Shown here in pieces: positions 38,209 through 50,700 of a stretch of 64,000 nt of DNA (position 1 is the stretch's first letter; the number at the start of each line of letters is the position of its first letter). The stretch is from Eutreptiella sp. 'Long Island Sound 2002'. Its lineage: Eukaryota > Protista > Euglenida. A program made the translations under genes and the position numbers. The notes beneath the pieces are model-generated. The model ran no database searches and was not told where the DNA came from. It saw nothing but the letters and a program-made list of their open reading frames with translations. The stretch spans positions 25,606,001-25,670,000 of the forward strand of contig OZ038378.1 in NCBI GenBank assembly GCA_964036045.1, read 5' to 3'.

Positions 38209-38244
38209 CTAGGGCTAGGGTAGGGGCTAGGGTAGGGTTAGGGT
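38209..38244 (+). repeat. Degenerate telomere-like (C/T)TAGGG tract
   Basis: CTAGGGCTAGGGTAGGGGCTAGGGTAGGGTTAGGG. Confidence 0.6.
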
Positions 38245-39377
38245 CACCGAGCTGGTGGAACCAGTCTTGGTTTTATAACCCTTTTTAGTGTCTAGGGTGG
38301 ACCTACCAGGTTTAGCAGCAAGCAACAGCAGCAAGCAGCAAGCAACAACACGCGCGAAATGGGTAAAAAGCAGAACTCCGTCGTGGTGCTTCGGATTCGG
38401 GTGAAATTTTGGTGGATGATACCTATGGGTGTGAAGTACAATCACACAAAGTTTGAGCAAGAAACTCAACGGTGGCGGCCGGGAACGGGATTCGCAAGTG
38501 GCGGACCTCAGTTTCAAAAACTGCAGTTTAGGGCCAAAAACAGCCATTTTTGGGCCAAAAAAGCCCTGGAACACATTCAAAACGGCCAAACGAAGGGAAA
38601 CGGTGGGTACACTGCACCTGCGGCTTGACTTCCCCGTGTCAACGAGCTCTTTGCGGCCCTCTAACTCCATGATATGTCCCGGAAACGGCCCAAAAAGGCC
38701 CCCAGAAGCTCCAAATGCCGACAGCCAAAAACCAAGAATAGGCCATATCTTTGGCTACATGGCTCAAAATGCGATTCCGAGGGCACCTACTCCACCCGCA
38801 ACCCCCCACTTTTTGTGGTTTCCACCCCTCAGAATTGCCCAAATGGACGCCTAGACCCCAATACCTAGGCCCACTCGGCTGCAGCAAGCTGCAAGCTCAA
38901 GCCCAAACAGGTGGGTGCCCAAATGGGTCAACAAGGTCCAATAGGGGCAAAAAGATGACTTTTCTCAAAAATGATCCTAGACCATGTGCGACGCTAAAAC
39001 AAGTGTTTTTGGACCGTTTTGAGCTCGTGGTGGCCCATTTTGGTCCTCCGAGAATCCCAAAATGCCTTGAAAATGGGCTGTTTTGGGACCAAAAATGGGT
39101 CAAAAATGGGTCAAAAACGCATTTTTCCAAACCTCATCCTAGACCATTTGGGGTGCACAAACGGGTGAAATGAGCCCATTTTGAGCCCATTTTGGGGCAT
39201 TTTGGCCCCTCAAAAGTCCAAAAAGCCTTGAAAGTGGGCCTCATGGTGATGGGGTTCACTTGCAAGCTGATTTCACTTTGTCAAGAGCCATCAATGTGTG
39301 AATCATTCTTGATGTCCTTCACCAATCATAGCTGATGTTCCCTCCCCCACCAGCTCGGTCCCAATATTCAGTCTTGA

Positions 39378-39450
39378 TTAGGGTTAGGGTTAGGGTTAGG
39401 GTCATGGGTAGGGTTAGGTGTAGGGTTAGGAGCATGCTGAGGGTTGGGGT
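39378..39450 (+). repeat. Interstitial TTAGGG telomeric-type repeat
   Basis: Four perfect TTAGGG units (39378-39401) followed by degenerate units. Confidence 0.8.
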
Positions 39451-39691
39451 GGGTGTTAGAGTCAAGGTTGGGTTCAAGTATAGCGTTGGGGTGCTCCACC
39501 GCCTAGGCGGGGAGGGATGCTATGTTGGCAAGGGGAACGAAAACAATTTTCCGGCGCCTTCGGCGCCACCATATGTATGGCCGGTAGCTATTGACCCTTG
39601 GTAACTAAGTGGGCCCGGAGGGCACGGATGGGGGGGGGGGGGGGGAGGGGGGGGAGTCGCGTACCCAAACCGAGGAGACGGCCCACCCGTG

Positions 39692-39842
39692 CACACCACA
39701 CCACACCACACCACACCACACCACACCACACCACACCACACCACACCACACCACACCACACCACACCACACCACACCACACCACACCACACCACACCACA
39801 CCACACCACACCACACCACACCACACCACACCACACCACACC
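39692..39842. repeat. (CACAC)n microsatellite, ~30 units, right half of the split tract
   Basis: Directly visible. Confidence 0.95.
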
Positions 39843-41782
39843 CTGAGTACTCCCCAGCCCTACCCATGGGCTGGGTGCCGGGGGCTAAGCCCCCAACGAC
39901 AGGGCCTGGGCACCACCCTCAAGGGTGGTGTACTAACAGTGTCGGGTGTACGCACACTCCAACGCAAAACACCACCCCCAATGGAGCCCGCGGCCCCCTA
40001 GTACCGGCCGCCAGGGCTCTGGGAAAGGACCAGCAATCCCTAGAGAGGACGGCTGGTACAACCTCCCCCTCCTCCCCCCCTCAGCGCCCTTGCCCCACCC
40101 ACAGGGGCCCTCTGCAGAGCCCTGGCATGCGCCCCCCCCGCGCTCTTGCCTCTGCCCCCCCTACCGCCGCCCCCGCACGCGCTCCCGTGCCCCCTAGCAT
40201 GCGCCTCCCCCAGGCGCCTCCCCCGAACACCGGCCCCACTCCCGATGGAGGCCCTTGCCCCAACACTCCCTGTCACCCTCCTCCCATGCCCAATGCCCCG
40301 CCCCCTGCCACAGGTATGGCGGCTAGCGACGAGGAGGCCCCCGAACCGGGGCTTTGGTAGCGCGGTGGGACCGGGACGGGTATGACAGGTGTGTGCGTGG
40401 CTGAGAGAGGTGTGAGATGTGGGGAACCCCAAAGGAGACGGCCCGCGCCGGGGCCGACAATTTTCTGGTTTGTTTATTGTTTCTGTTTCTTCCTTTCTGT
40501 TTCCTTTGCGCGACTGCCTGTAGAGGCGCAAGCCTCATGCAGGAACCTTCGGGCCTGTTAGCGCCTTTCCTTCGGGTTTTCTTCTCTTTGTTTCGTAGGC
40601 GGAGTGAGACGAGCGGCGCCGCAGCGCCCCAGAGGCCTGTGGCTCAGACATGCGCGGGGGGGCCAACCTAGACCCCCCGTGCCACTGCCCATGCCCACTC
40701 CTCGCCCTGGAATTGACCAAGATGATAGCCATGAGGGCTGCCGAAGCTCGCTGCCGTTGGGCAGCTGGAGCGACACTGCCGAAGGGGGAGGAGTCCCCGC
40801 AACCCCCCGGAATGGGCGGCGTGGCCCCGCTGGTGGAGCGGTTCGAGGCCACGCCGCCCTTGCGCCGCCCAGACCTGGTTTTGTGTTGGGATGAATGTAT
40901 TGAGATTATGCGGGTACAGAAGCCCGCACTTCCAGAACCGTTCCCCGCGTCCGGTTGGACGCCCCGAAGGTATGGTATCCAACTATCCTTTGAGTATGGG
41001 TAAGGTATAAGGCCCCCCGGCCACCACCCCAACGCCCATAGCAGAGAGGGCGTCCGGGAGGGGTAACAGTCCCCGATCCCCCAAGGGCAGCCCCAATGGT
41101 GAGCGCACCACCGAAAGGGGCATGTCTGCAGGGTAATTTTGTATATTAAGTAATTAACGCAATCCCCCTCCCTTTACTGCCAAAATTATTCTTAAAGGGT
41201 TAAAGGGCCTCCCCGAGGCCCAGTTAAGTGCGCCCCCAGAGCCGGACTCAACCGGCCGCGGTGAGGCGAGCCCAGAGTTTGGGTATGAGGGGCCAGACTT
41301 TAAGTGCTGGCGGTCACGCCTCTTCGCTTCCCCGCGGGCTTAAACTGCCCAAGGGGGCCCTAAGTACCGTATTGTTCGGGAGTCAAGCCCCGGCGGGACT
41401 TAGGGTTTTGGTTAAGAGGACTCACATTGAGTCCCTGCTACTGCTACCCCGGAGTTATGACCTCCGGTACCGCCTGCCTACCTCGCCGGCTTGCTGCTTA
41501 GCATAGCCGGGTAGGGGTGCAAGGCTACCCCATCATAGAGCTCACAGAGGCGGGGAGTTAGTACGGTCTTTTGACCGGAGGACCCAGCCCAGGGCTCTAC
41601 TGGTGGGGCAGCCCGACGCCAAAGCGGGTAGGGACGACCTATCAGGCCGTGTCGCAGCAACGGCCGCCAACTGGGTAGGGCCTCATGACCCCCCGACCGG
41701 CGAGCACACGCCGCTGCAGACTACCGCCCCCTAACGGCACCCCCCTCGAACCGGCCGCCGCCTTGGAAGGGCCCTCTGCCCG

Positions 41783-44700
41783 ACCAGGCTGGTGTGCCCA
41801 GGCCTTGGGGACTGCTGCCCCGCGCGGGCCCTCCTTGAGCACCGACCACCGCCTGGGCAGGCCTCCACGTCCCCCCAGGCTTGTGTGCCCAAGCCTTGGG
41901 GACTGCTGCCCCCCGCAGGCTCTCCTTGAGCACCGACCAGCACATGGGCGGGACCCCCCGTCCCCCGAGGCTAGTGTGCCCGGGCCTTGGGGACTGCTGC
42001 CCCCCGTAGGCCCTCTTTGACCACCGACCACTACCTAGGCAGGGCTCCCCGTCCCCTGAGGCTGGTGTGCCCGGGCCTTGGAAACTGTTGCCCCTCGTGG
42101 GCCCTCGTAGAGGACCGACCACCGCAGGGGCAAGACTCCCCGTCCCCTCAGGCTGGTGTGCCCGAGCCTTGGGGACTACTGCCCCCCGAAGGCCCTCTTT
42201 GCGCACCGACTACCACGTGGGCAGAACTCCCTGTCCCCTGAGGCTGGTGTGCCCGGGCCTTGGGGACTGCTGCCCCCCGCGGGCCCTCCTTGAACACCGA
42301 CCACCGCCTGAGTAGGACTCACCGTCCCCCCCGGCTGGTGTGCCCCGGCCTTGGGGACTGGGCCCAGCCGCGGGCCCTCCATGAGCACCTGCCCGGGCCT
42401 TGGGGACTGCTGCCCCCGGCAAGCCCTCCTTGAGCAGCGACCACCGCTTGGGCAGGACTCCCCGTCCTCCCAGGGTGGTGTGCCCAGGCCTTGGGGATTG
42501 GTGCCCCGCGTAAGCCCTCTTTGCGCACCGACTACCACGTGGGCAGGACTCCCCGTCCCCTCAGGGTGGTGTGCCCGGGCGTTGGGGACTGTTGCCCCCC
42601 GCAGGCCCTCCTTGAGCAACGACCACCGCTTGGGCAGGAGTCCCCGTCCCCCAAGGCTAATGTGCCCGGGCGTTGGGGACTGCTGCCCCCCGTAGGCCCT
42701 CCTTGCGCAGCGACCACCGCTTGGGCAGGACGTCCTGTCCCCCCAGCCTAGTGTGCCCGGGCCTTGGGGACTGCTGCCCCCCGCAGGCCCTCCTTGAGCA
42801 GCGACCACCGCTTGGGCAGGACTTCCCGTCCCCCCAGCCTAGTGTGCCCGGGCCTTGGGGACTGCTGCCCCCCGCAGGCCCTCCTTGAGCAGTAACCACC
42901 GCTTGGGCAGGACTTCCCGTCCCCCCACGGTGGTTCGCCCGGGCCTTGGGGAATGCTGCCCCCCGCAGGCCCTCCTTGAGCAGCGACCACCGCTTGGGCA
43001 GGACTCCCCGTCCCCTCGGCCTAGTGTGCCCGGGCGTTGGGGACTGTTGCCCCCCGCAGGCCCTCCTTGAGCAGCGACCACCGCTTGGGCAGGACTCCCC
43101 GTCCCCTCACCCTAGTGTGCCCGGGCCTTGGGGACTGCTGCCCCCCGCAGGCCCTCCTTGAGCAGCGACCACCGCTTGGGCAGGACTTCCCGTCCCCCCA
43201 GCCTAGTGTGCCCGGGCCTTGGGGACTGCTGCTCCCCGCAGGCCCTCCTTGAGCGGCGACCACTGCTTGGGCAGGACTTCCCGTCCCCCTAGCCTAGTGT
43301 GCCCGGGCCTTGGCAACTGTTGACCCCCGCAGGCCCTCCTTGAGCAGCGACCACCGCTTGGGCACGACTCCCCGTCGCCCCAGGCTAGTGTGGCCGGGCC
43401 TTGGGGACTGCTGCCCCCCGCAGTCCCTCTTTGAGCACCGACCACCACCTGGGCAGGGCTCCCGGTCCCCCCAGGCTGGTGTGCCCGGGCTTTGGGAAAT
43501 GTTGCCCCCCGCAAGCCCTCCTTGAGCACTGGCCACCGCCTGGGCAGGAATCCCCATCCCCCCGGGCTGGTGTGCCCGGGCCTTGGGGACTGGTGCCCCG
43601 CGTAGGCACTCTTTGCGCACCGACCACCACCTGGGCGGGGCTCCCCGTCCCCCCAGGCTGGTGTGCCCGGGCCTTGGGGACGGCTGCCCCCCGCAGGCCC
43701 TCCTTGAGCAGCGACCACCGCTTGGGCAGGAGTCCCCGTCCCCCCAAGCTAGTGTGCCCGGGATTTGGGGACTGCTTCCCCCCGTAGGCCCTCCTTGAGC
43801 AGCGACCACCGCTTGGGCAGGAGTCCCCGTCCCCCCAGGCTGGTGTGCCCGTGCCTTGGGGACTGCTGCCCCCCGCAGGCCCTCCTTGAGCAGCGACCAC
43901 CGCTTGGGCAGGAGTCCCCGTCCCCCCGGGCTAGTGTGCCCGGGCCTTGGGGACAGCTGCCCCCCGCAGGCCCTCCTTGAGCAGCGACCACCGCTTGGGC
44001 AGGACTTCCCGTCCCCCCAGCCTAGTGTGCCCGGGCTATGGGGACTGCTGCCCCCCGCAGGCCCTCCTTGAGCAGCGACCACCGCTTGGGCAGGACTCCC
44101 CGTCCCCCCAGGCTGATGTGGCCGGGCCTTGGGGACTGCCGCCCCCCGCAGTCCCTCATTGAGCACCGACCACCACCTGGGCAGGGCTCCCCGTCCCCCC
44201 AGGCTGGTGTGCCCGGGCTTTGGGAACTGTTGCCCCCCGCAAGCCCTCTTTGAGCACTGGCCACCGCCTGGGCAGGAATCCCCGTCCCCTCGGGCTGGTG
44301 TGCCCGGGCCTTGGGGACTGCTGCCCCGCGTGGGCCCTCTTTGCGCACCGACCACCACCTGGGCGGGGCTCCCCGTCCCCCCAGGCTGGTGTGCCCGGGC
44401 CTTGGGGACTGCTGCCCCCCGCAGGCCCTCCTTGAGCAGCGACCACCGCTTGGGCACGACTCCCCGTCCCCCCAGGCTAGTGTGCCCGGGCCTTGGGGAC
44501 TGCTGCCCCCCGCAGGCCCTCCTTGAGCAGCGACCACCGCTTGGGCAGGAGTCCCCGTCCCCCCAAGCTAGTGTGCCCGGGCCTTGGGGACTGCTGCCCC
44601 CCGTAGGCCCTCCTTGAGCAGCGACCACCGCTTGGGCATGACTCCCCGTCCCCCCAGGCTGGTGTGCCCGGGCCTTGGGAACTGCTGCCCCCCGCAGGCC

Positions 44701-47700
44701 CTCCTTGAGCAGCGACCACCGCTTGGGCAGGAGTCCCCGTCCCCCCGGGCTAGTGTGCCCGGGGCTTGGGGACTGCTACCCCCCGTAGGCCCTCCTTGAG
44801 CAGCGACCACCGCTTGGGCAGGACTCCCCGTCCCCCCAGGCTGGTGTGCCCGGGCCTTGGGGACTGCTGCCCCCCGCAGGCCCCCTGGAGCACCGACCAC
44901 CACCTGGGCAGGAGTCCCCATCCCCCTAGGCTAGTGTGCCCGGGCCTTGGGGACTGCTGCCCCTCGCAGGCCCTCCTTGAGCAACGACCACCGCTTGGGC
45001 ACGACTTCCCGTGCCCCGAAACCTAGTGTGCCCGGGCCTTGGGGACTGCTGCCCCCCGCAGGCCCTCCTTGAGCAGCGACCATCGCTTGGGCAGGACTCC
45101 CCGTCCCCCCGGGCTGGTGTGCCCGGGCCTTGGGGACTGCTGCCCCCCGCAGGCCCTCCTTGAGCAGCGACCACCGCTTGGGCAGGACTTCCCGTCCTCC
45201 CAGGGTGGTGTGCCCGGGCCTTGGGGATCGGTGCCCCGCGTAAGCCCTCTTTGCGCACCGACTACCACGTGGGCAGGGCTCCCCGTCCCCTCAGGGTGGT
45301 GTGCCCGGGCCTTGGGGACTGTTGCCCCCCGCAGGCCCTCCTTGAGCAGCGACCACCGCTTGGGCAGGACTTCCCGTCCCCCCAGGCTAGTGTGCCCGGG
45401 CCTTGGGGACTGCTGCCCCCCGCAGGCCCTCCTTGAGCAGCGACCACCGCTTGGGCAGGACTTCCCGTCCCCCCAGCCTAGTGTGCCCGGGCCTTGGGGA
45501 CTGCTGCCCCCCGCAGGCCCTCCTTGAGCAGCGACCACCGCTTGGGCACGACTCCCCGTCCGCCCAGGCTGATGTGGCCGGGCCTTGGGGACTACCGCCC
45601 CCCGCAGTCCCTCATTGAGCACCGACCACCACCTGGGCAGGGCTCCCCGTCCCCCCAGACTGGTGTGCCCGGGCTTTGGGAACTGTTGCCCCCCGCAAGC
45701 CCTCTTTGAGCACTGGCCACCGCCTGGGCAGGAATCCCCATCCCCCCGGGCTGGTGTGCCCGGGCCTTGGGGACTGCTGCCCCGCGTAGGCCCTCTTTGC
45801 GCACCGACCACCACCTGGGCGGGGCTCCCCGTCCCCCCAGGCTGGTGTGCCCGAGCCTTGGGGACGGCTGCCCCCCGCAGGCCCTCCTTGAGCACCGACC
45901 ATCGCCTGGGCAGGCCTCCACGTCCCCCCAGACTGGTGTGCCCAGGCCTTGGGGACTGTTGCCCCCCGCAGGCTCTCCTTGAGCACCGACCAGCACATGG
46001 GCGGGACTCCCCGTCCCCCGAGGCTAGAGTGCCCGGGCCTTGGGGACTGCTGCCCCCCGTAGGCCCTCTTTGACCACCGACCACTACCTAGGCAGGGCTC
46101 CCCGTCCCCTGAGGCTGGTGTGCCCGGGCCTTGGAAACTGTTGCCCCTCGTGGGCCCTCGTAGAGCACCGACCACCGCAGGGGCAAGACTCCCCGTCCCC
46201 TCAGGCTGGTGTGCCCGAGCCTTGGGGACTGTTGCCCCCCGAAGGCCCTCTTTGCGCACCGACTACCACGTGGGCAGAACTCCCTGTCCCCTGAGGCTGG
46301 TGTGCCCGGGCCTTGGGGACTGCTGCCCCCCGCGGGCCCTCCTTGAACACCGACCACCGCCTGAGTAGGACTCACCGTCCCCCCAGGCTGGTGTGCCCAA
46401 GCCTTGGGGATTGCTGCCCCCCGCAGGCCCTCCATGAGCACCTGCCCGGGCCTTGGGGACTGCTGCCCCCGGCAAGCCCTCCTTGAGCAACGACCACCGC
46501 TTGGGCAGGACTCCCCGTCCTCCCAGGGTGGTGTGCCCGGGCCTTGGGGACTGGTGCCCCGCGTAAGCCCTCTTTGCGCACCGACTACCACGTGGGCAGG
46601 ACTCCCCGTCCCCTCAGGGTGGTGTGCCCGGGCCTTGGGGACTGTTGCCCCCCGCAGGCCCTCCTTGAGCAGCGACCACCGCTTGGGCAGGACCACCCGT
46701 CCCCCCAGCCTAGTGTGCCCGGGCATTGGGTCCTGCTGCCCCCCGGAGGCACTCCTTGAGCAGCGACCACCGCTTGGGCAGGACTTCCCGTCCCCCCAGC
46801 CTAGTGTGCCCGGGCCTTGGGGACTGCTGCTCCCCGCAGGCCCTCCTTGAGCAGCGGCCACCGCTTGGGCAGGACTCCCCGTCCCCCCAGGCTGGTGTGG
46901 CCGGGCCTTGGGGACTGCTGCCCCCCGCAGTCCCTCTTTGAGCACCGACCACCACCTGGGCAGGGCTCCCCGTCCCCCCAGGCTGGTGTGCCCGGGCTTT
47001 GGGAACTGTTGCCCCCCGCAAGCCCTCCTTGAGCAGCGACCACCGCTTGGGTAGGAATCCCCATCCCCCCGGGCTGGTGTGCCTGGGCCTTGGGGACTGG
47101 TGCCCCGCGTAGGCCCTCTTTGCGCACCGACCACCACCTGGGCGGGGCTCCCCGTCCCCCCAGGCTGGTGTGCCCGGGCCTTGGGGACGGCTGCCCCCCG
47201 CAGGCCCTCCTTGAGCACCGACCACCGCCTGGGCAGGCCTCCACGTCCCCCCAGGCTGGTGTGCCCAAGCCTTGGGGACTGCTGCCCCCTGCAGGCTCGC
47301 CTTGAGCAGCGACCAGCACATGGGCGGGACCCCCCGTCCCCCCAGCCTAGTGTGCCCGGGCCTTGGGGACTGCTGCCCCCCGTAGGCCCTCTTTGACCAC
47401 CGACCACTACCTAGGCAGAGCTCCCCGTCCCCTCAAGCTGGTGTGCCCGGGCCTTGGAAACTGTTGCCCCTCGTGGGCCCTCGTAGAGCACCGACCACCG
47501 CAGGGGCAAGACTCCCCGTCCCCTCAGGCTGGTGTGCCCGAGCCTTGGGGACTACTGCCCCCCGAAGGCCCTCTTTGCGCACCGACTACCACGTGGGCAG
47601 AACTCCCTGTCCCCTGAGGCTGGTGTGCCCGGGCCTTGGGGACTGCTGCCCCCCGCAGGCCCTCCATGAGCACCTGCCCGGGCCTTGGGGACTGCTGCCC

Positions 47701-50700
47701 CCGGCAAGCCCTCCTTGAGCAGCGACCACCGCTTGGGCAGGACTCCCCATCCTCCCAGGGTGGTGTGCCCGGGCCTTGGAGACTGGTGCCCCGCGTAGGC
47801 CCTCTTTGCGCACCGACTACCACGTGGGCAGGACTCCCTGTCCCCTCAGGGTGGTGTGCCCGGGCGTTGGGGACTGTTGCCCCTCGCAGGCCCTCCTTGA
47901 GCAACGACCACCGCTTGGGCAGGAGTCCCCGTCCCCCAAGGCTAATGTGCCCGGGCCTTGGGGACTGTTGCCCCCCGCAGGCCCTCCTTGAGCAGCGACC
48001 ACCGCTTGGACAGGACTCCCCGTCCCCCCGGGCTGGTGTGCCCGGGCATTGGGGACTGGTGCCCCCCGTAGGCTCTCTTTGCGCACCGACCACCACCTGG
48101 GCGGGGCTCCCCGTCCCCCCAGGCTGGTGTGCCCGAGCCTTGGGGACGGCTGCCCCTCGCACGCCCTCCTTGAGCAGCGACCACCGCTTGGGGACGACTC
48201 CCCGTCCCCCCAGGCTAGTGTGCCCGGGCCTTGGGGACTGCTGCCCCCCCGCAGGCCGTCCTTGAACAGCGACCACCGCTTGGGCAGGAGTCCCCGTCCC
48301 CCCAGCCTAGTGTGCCCCGGCCTTGGGGACTGCTGCCCCCCGCAGGCCCCGTGGAGCACCGACCACCACCTGGGCAGGAGTCCCCATCCCCCTAGGCTAG
48401 TGTGCCCGGGCCCTGGGGACTGCTGCCCCTCGCAGGCCCTCCTTGAGCAACGACCTGCGCTTGGGCGGGACTTCCCGTCCCCCCAGCCTAGTGTGCCCGG
48501 GTCTTGGGGACTGCTGCCCCCCGTAGGCCCTCCTTGAGCAGCGACCACAAGCTTGGGCAGGACTCCCCGTCCCCCCAGGCTGGTGTGCCCGGGCCTTGGG
48601 GACTGCTGCCCCCCGTAGGCCCCGTGGACCACCGACCACCACCTGGGCAGGAGTCCCCATCCCCCTAGGCTAGTGTGCCCGGTCCTTGGGGACTGCTGCC
48701 CCTCGCAGGCCCTCCTTGAGCAACGACCACCGCTTGGGCAGGACTTCCCGTCCTCCCAGGGTGGTGTGCCCGGGCCTTGGGGACTGGTGCCCCGCGTAAG
48801 CCCTCTTTGCGCACGGACTACCACGTGGGCAGGGCTCCCCGTCCCCTCAAGGTGGTGTGCCCGGGCGTTGGGGACTGTTGCCCCCCGCAGGCCCTCCTTG
48901 AGCAACGACCACCACTTGGGCAGGAGTCCCCGTCCCCCCAGGCTAATGTGCCCGGGCATTGGGTCCTGCTGCCCCCCGCAGTCCCTCCTTGAGCAGCGAC
49001 CACCGCTTGGGCAGGACTTCCCGTGCCTCCAGCCTGGTGTGCCCGGGCCTTGGGGACTGTTGCCCCCCGCAGGCCCTCCTTGAGCAGCGACCACCACTTG
49101 GGTAGGACTCCCCGTCCCCTCAGCCTAGTGTGCCCGGGCCTTGGGGACTGCTGCCCCCCGCAGTCCCTCTTTGGGCACCGACCACCACCTGGGCAGGGCT
49201 CCCCATCCCCCCGGGCTGGTGTGCCCGGGACTTGGGGACTGGTGCCCCCCGTAGGCCCTCTTTGCGCACCCACCACCACCTGGGCAGGGCTCCCCATCCC
49301 CCCAGGCTGGTGTGCCCGGGCCTTGGGGACGGCTGCCCCCCGCAGGCCCTCCTTGAGCAGCGACCACCGCTTGGGCAGGACTCCCCGTCCCCCCGGGCTA
49401 GTGTGCCCGGGCCTTGGGGACCGCTGCCCCCCGCAGGCCCTCCTGGAGCAGAGACCACCGCTTGGGCAGGAGTCCCCGTCCCCCCAGGCTCGTGTGCCCG
49501 GGCCTTGGGAACTGCTGCCCCGCGTAGACCCTCCTTGAGCACCGACCACCGCGTGGGCAGGACTCCCCGTCCCCCCGGGCTGGTGTGCCCGGGCCTTGGG
49601 GACTGCTGCCCCGCGTAAGCCCTCTTTGTGCACCGACCACCACCTAGGCAGGGCTCCCCGTCCCCTCAGGCTGGTGTGCCCAGGCGTTGGGGACTGCTGC
49701 CCCCCACAGGCCCCGTGGACCACCGACCACCACCTGGGCAGGAGTCCCCATCCCTCTAGGCTAGTGTGCCCGAGCCATGGGGACTGCTGCCCCTCGTAGG
49801 CCCTCCTTGAGCAACGACCACCGCTTGGGCAGGACTTCCCGTCCCCCCAGCCTAGTGTGCCCGGGCCTGGGGGACTGCTGCCCCCCGGAGGCCCTCCTTG
49901 AGCAGCGACCACCGCTTGGGCAGGACTCCCCGTCCCCCCAGGCTGATGTGCCCGGGCCTTGGGGACTGCTACCCCCCGCAGGCCCTTCTGGAGCAAAAAC
50001 CACCGCTTGGGCAGCAGTCCCCGTCCCCCCAGGCTGGTGTGCCCGGGCCTTGGGGACTGGTGCACCGCGTAGGCCCTCCTTGACCACCGACCACCACCTA
50101 GGCAGGGCTCCCCGTCCCCTCAGGCTGGTGTGCCCGGGCGTTGGGGGCTGTTGCCCCGCGTAGACCCTCCTTGAGCACTGGCCACCGCCTGAGCACGAAT
50201 CCCCGTCCCCCCGGGCTGGTGTGCCCGGGCCTTGGGGACCGCTGCCCCGCGCAAGCCCTCCTTGAGCACCGACCACCGCTTGGGCAGGGCTCCCCGTCCC
50301 CCCAGGCTAGCGTGCCCGGGCCTTGGGGAGTGCTGCCCCCCGTAGGCCCTCTTTGAGCACCGACCACTACCTAGGTAGAGCTCCCCGTCCCCTCAGGCTA
50401 GTGTGCCCGGGCCTTGGGGACTGCTGCCCCCCGTAGGCCCTCCTTGAGCAGCGACCACCGCTTGGGCAGGACTCCCCGTCCCCCCAGGCTGGTGTGCCTG
50501 GGCCTTGGGGATTGCTGCCCCCGCAGGCCCCGTGGAGCACCGACCACCACCTGGGCAGGAGTCCCCATCCCCCTAGGCTAGTGTGCCCGGGCCTTGGGAA
50601 CTGCTGCCCCCCGCAGGCCCTCCTTGAGCACCGACCACCACCTGGGCAGGAGTCCCCATCCCCCTATGCTAGTGTGCCCGGGCCTTGGGGACTGCTGCCC

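Larger units (their letters stand above)
37901..39691. mobile_element. Non-autonomous hAT-like element (1791 bp) inserted in a (CACAC)n tract
   Basis: ~43-bp TIR: left CACGGGGGGGCCGTCTCCTCGCTTTTGTACGCGACTCCCCCCC, right (reverse complement) CACGGGTGGGCCGTCTCCTCGGTTTGGGTACGCGACTCCCCCCC. Flanks give 8-bp CACACCAC on both sides, consistent with a TSD but trivially so inside a microsatellite. Confidence 0.85.

Noticed and set aside
37801-39842. (CACAC)n/(GTGTG)n as the true telomere repeat
   Set aside because: The tracts are internal, short and tied to retroelement ends, and TTAGGG is the expected euglenid telomere repeat.
37713-39867. ORFs of (HTTPH)n, (VWCG)n and poly-Gly/Pro, also at 55968-56345 and 63000-63350
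   Set aside because: Translations of (CACAC)n and G/C homopolymers.
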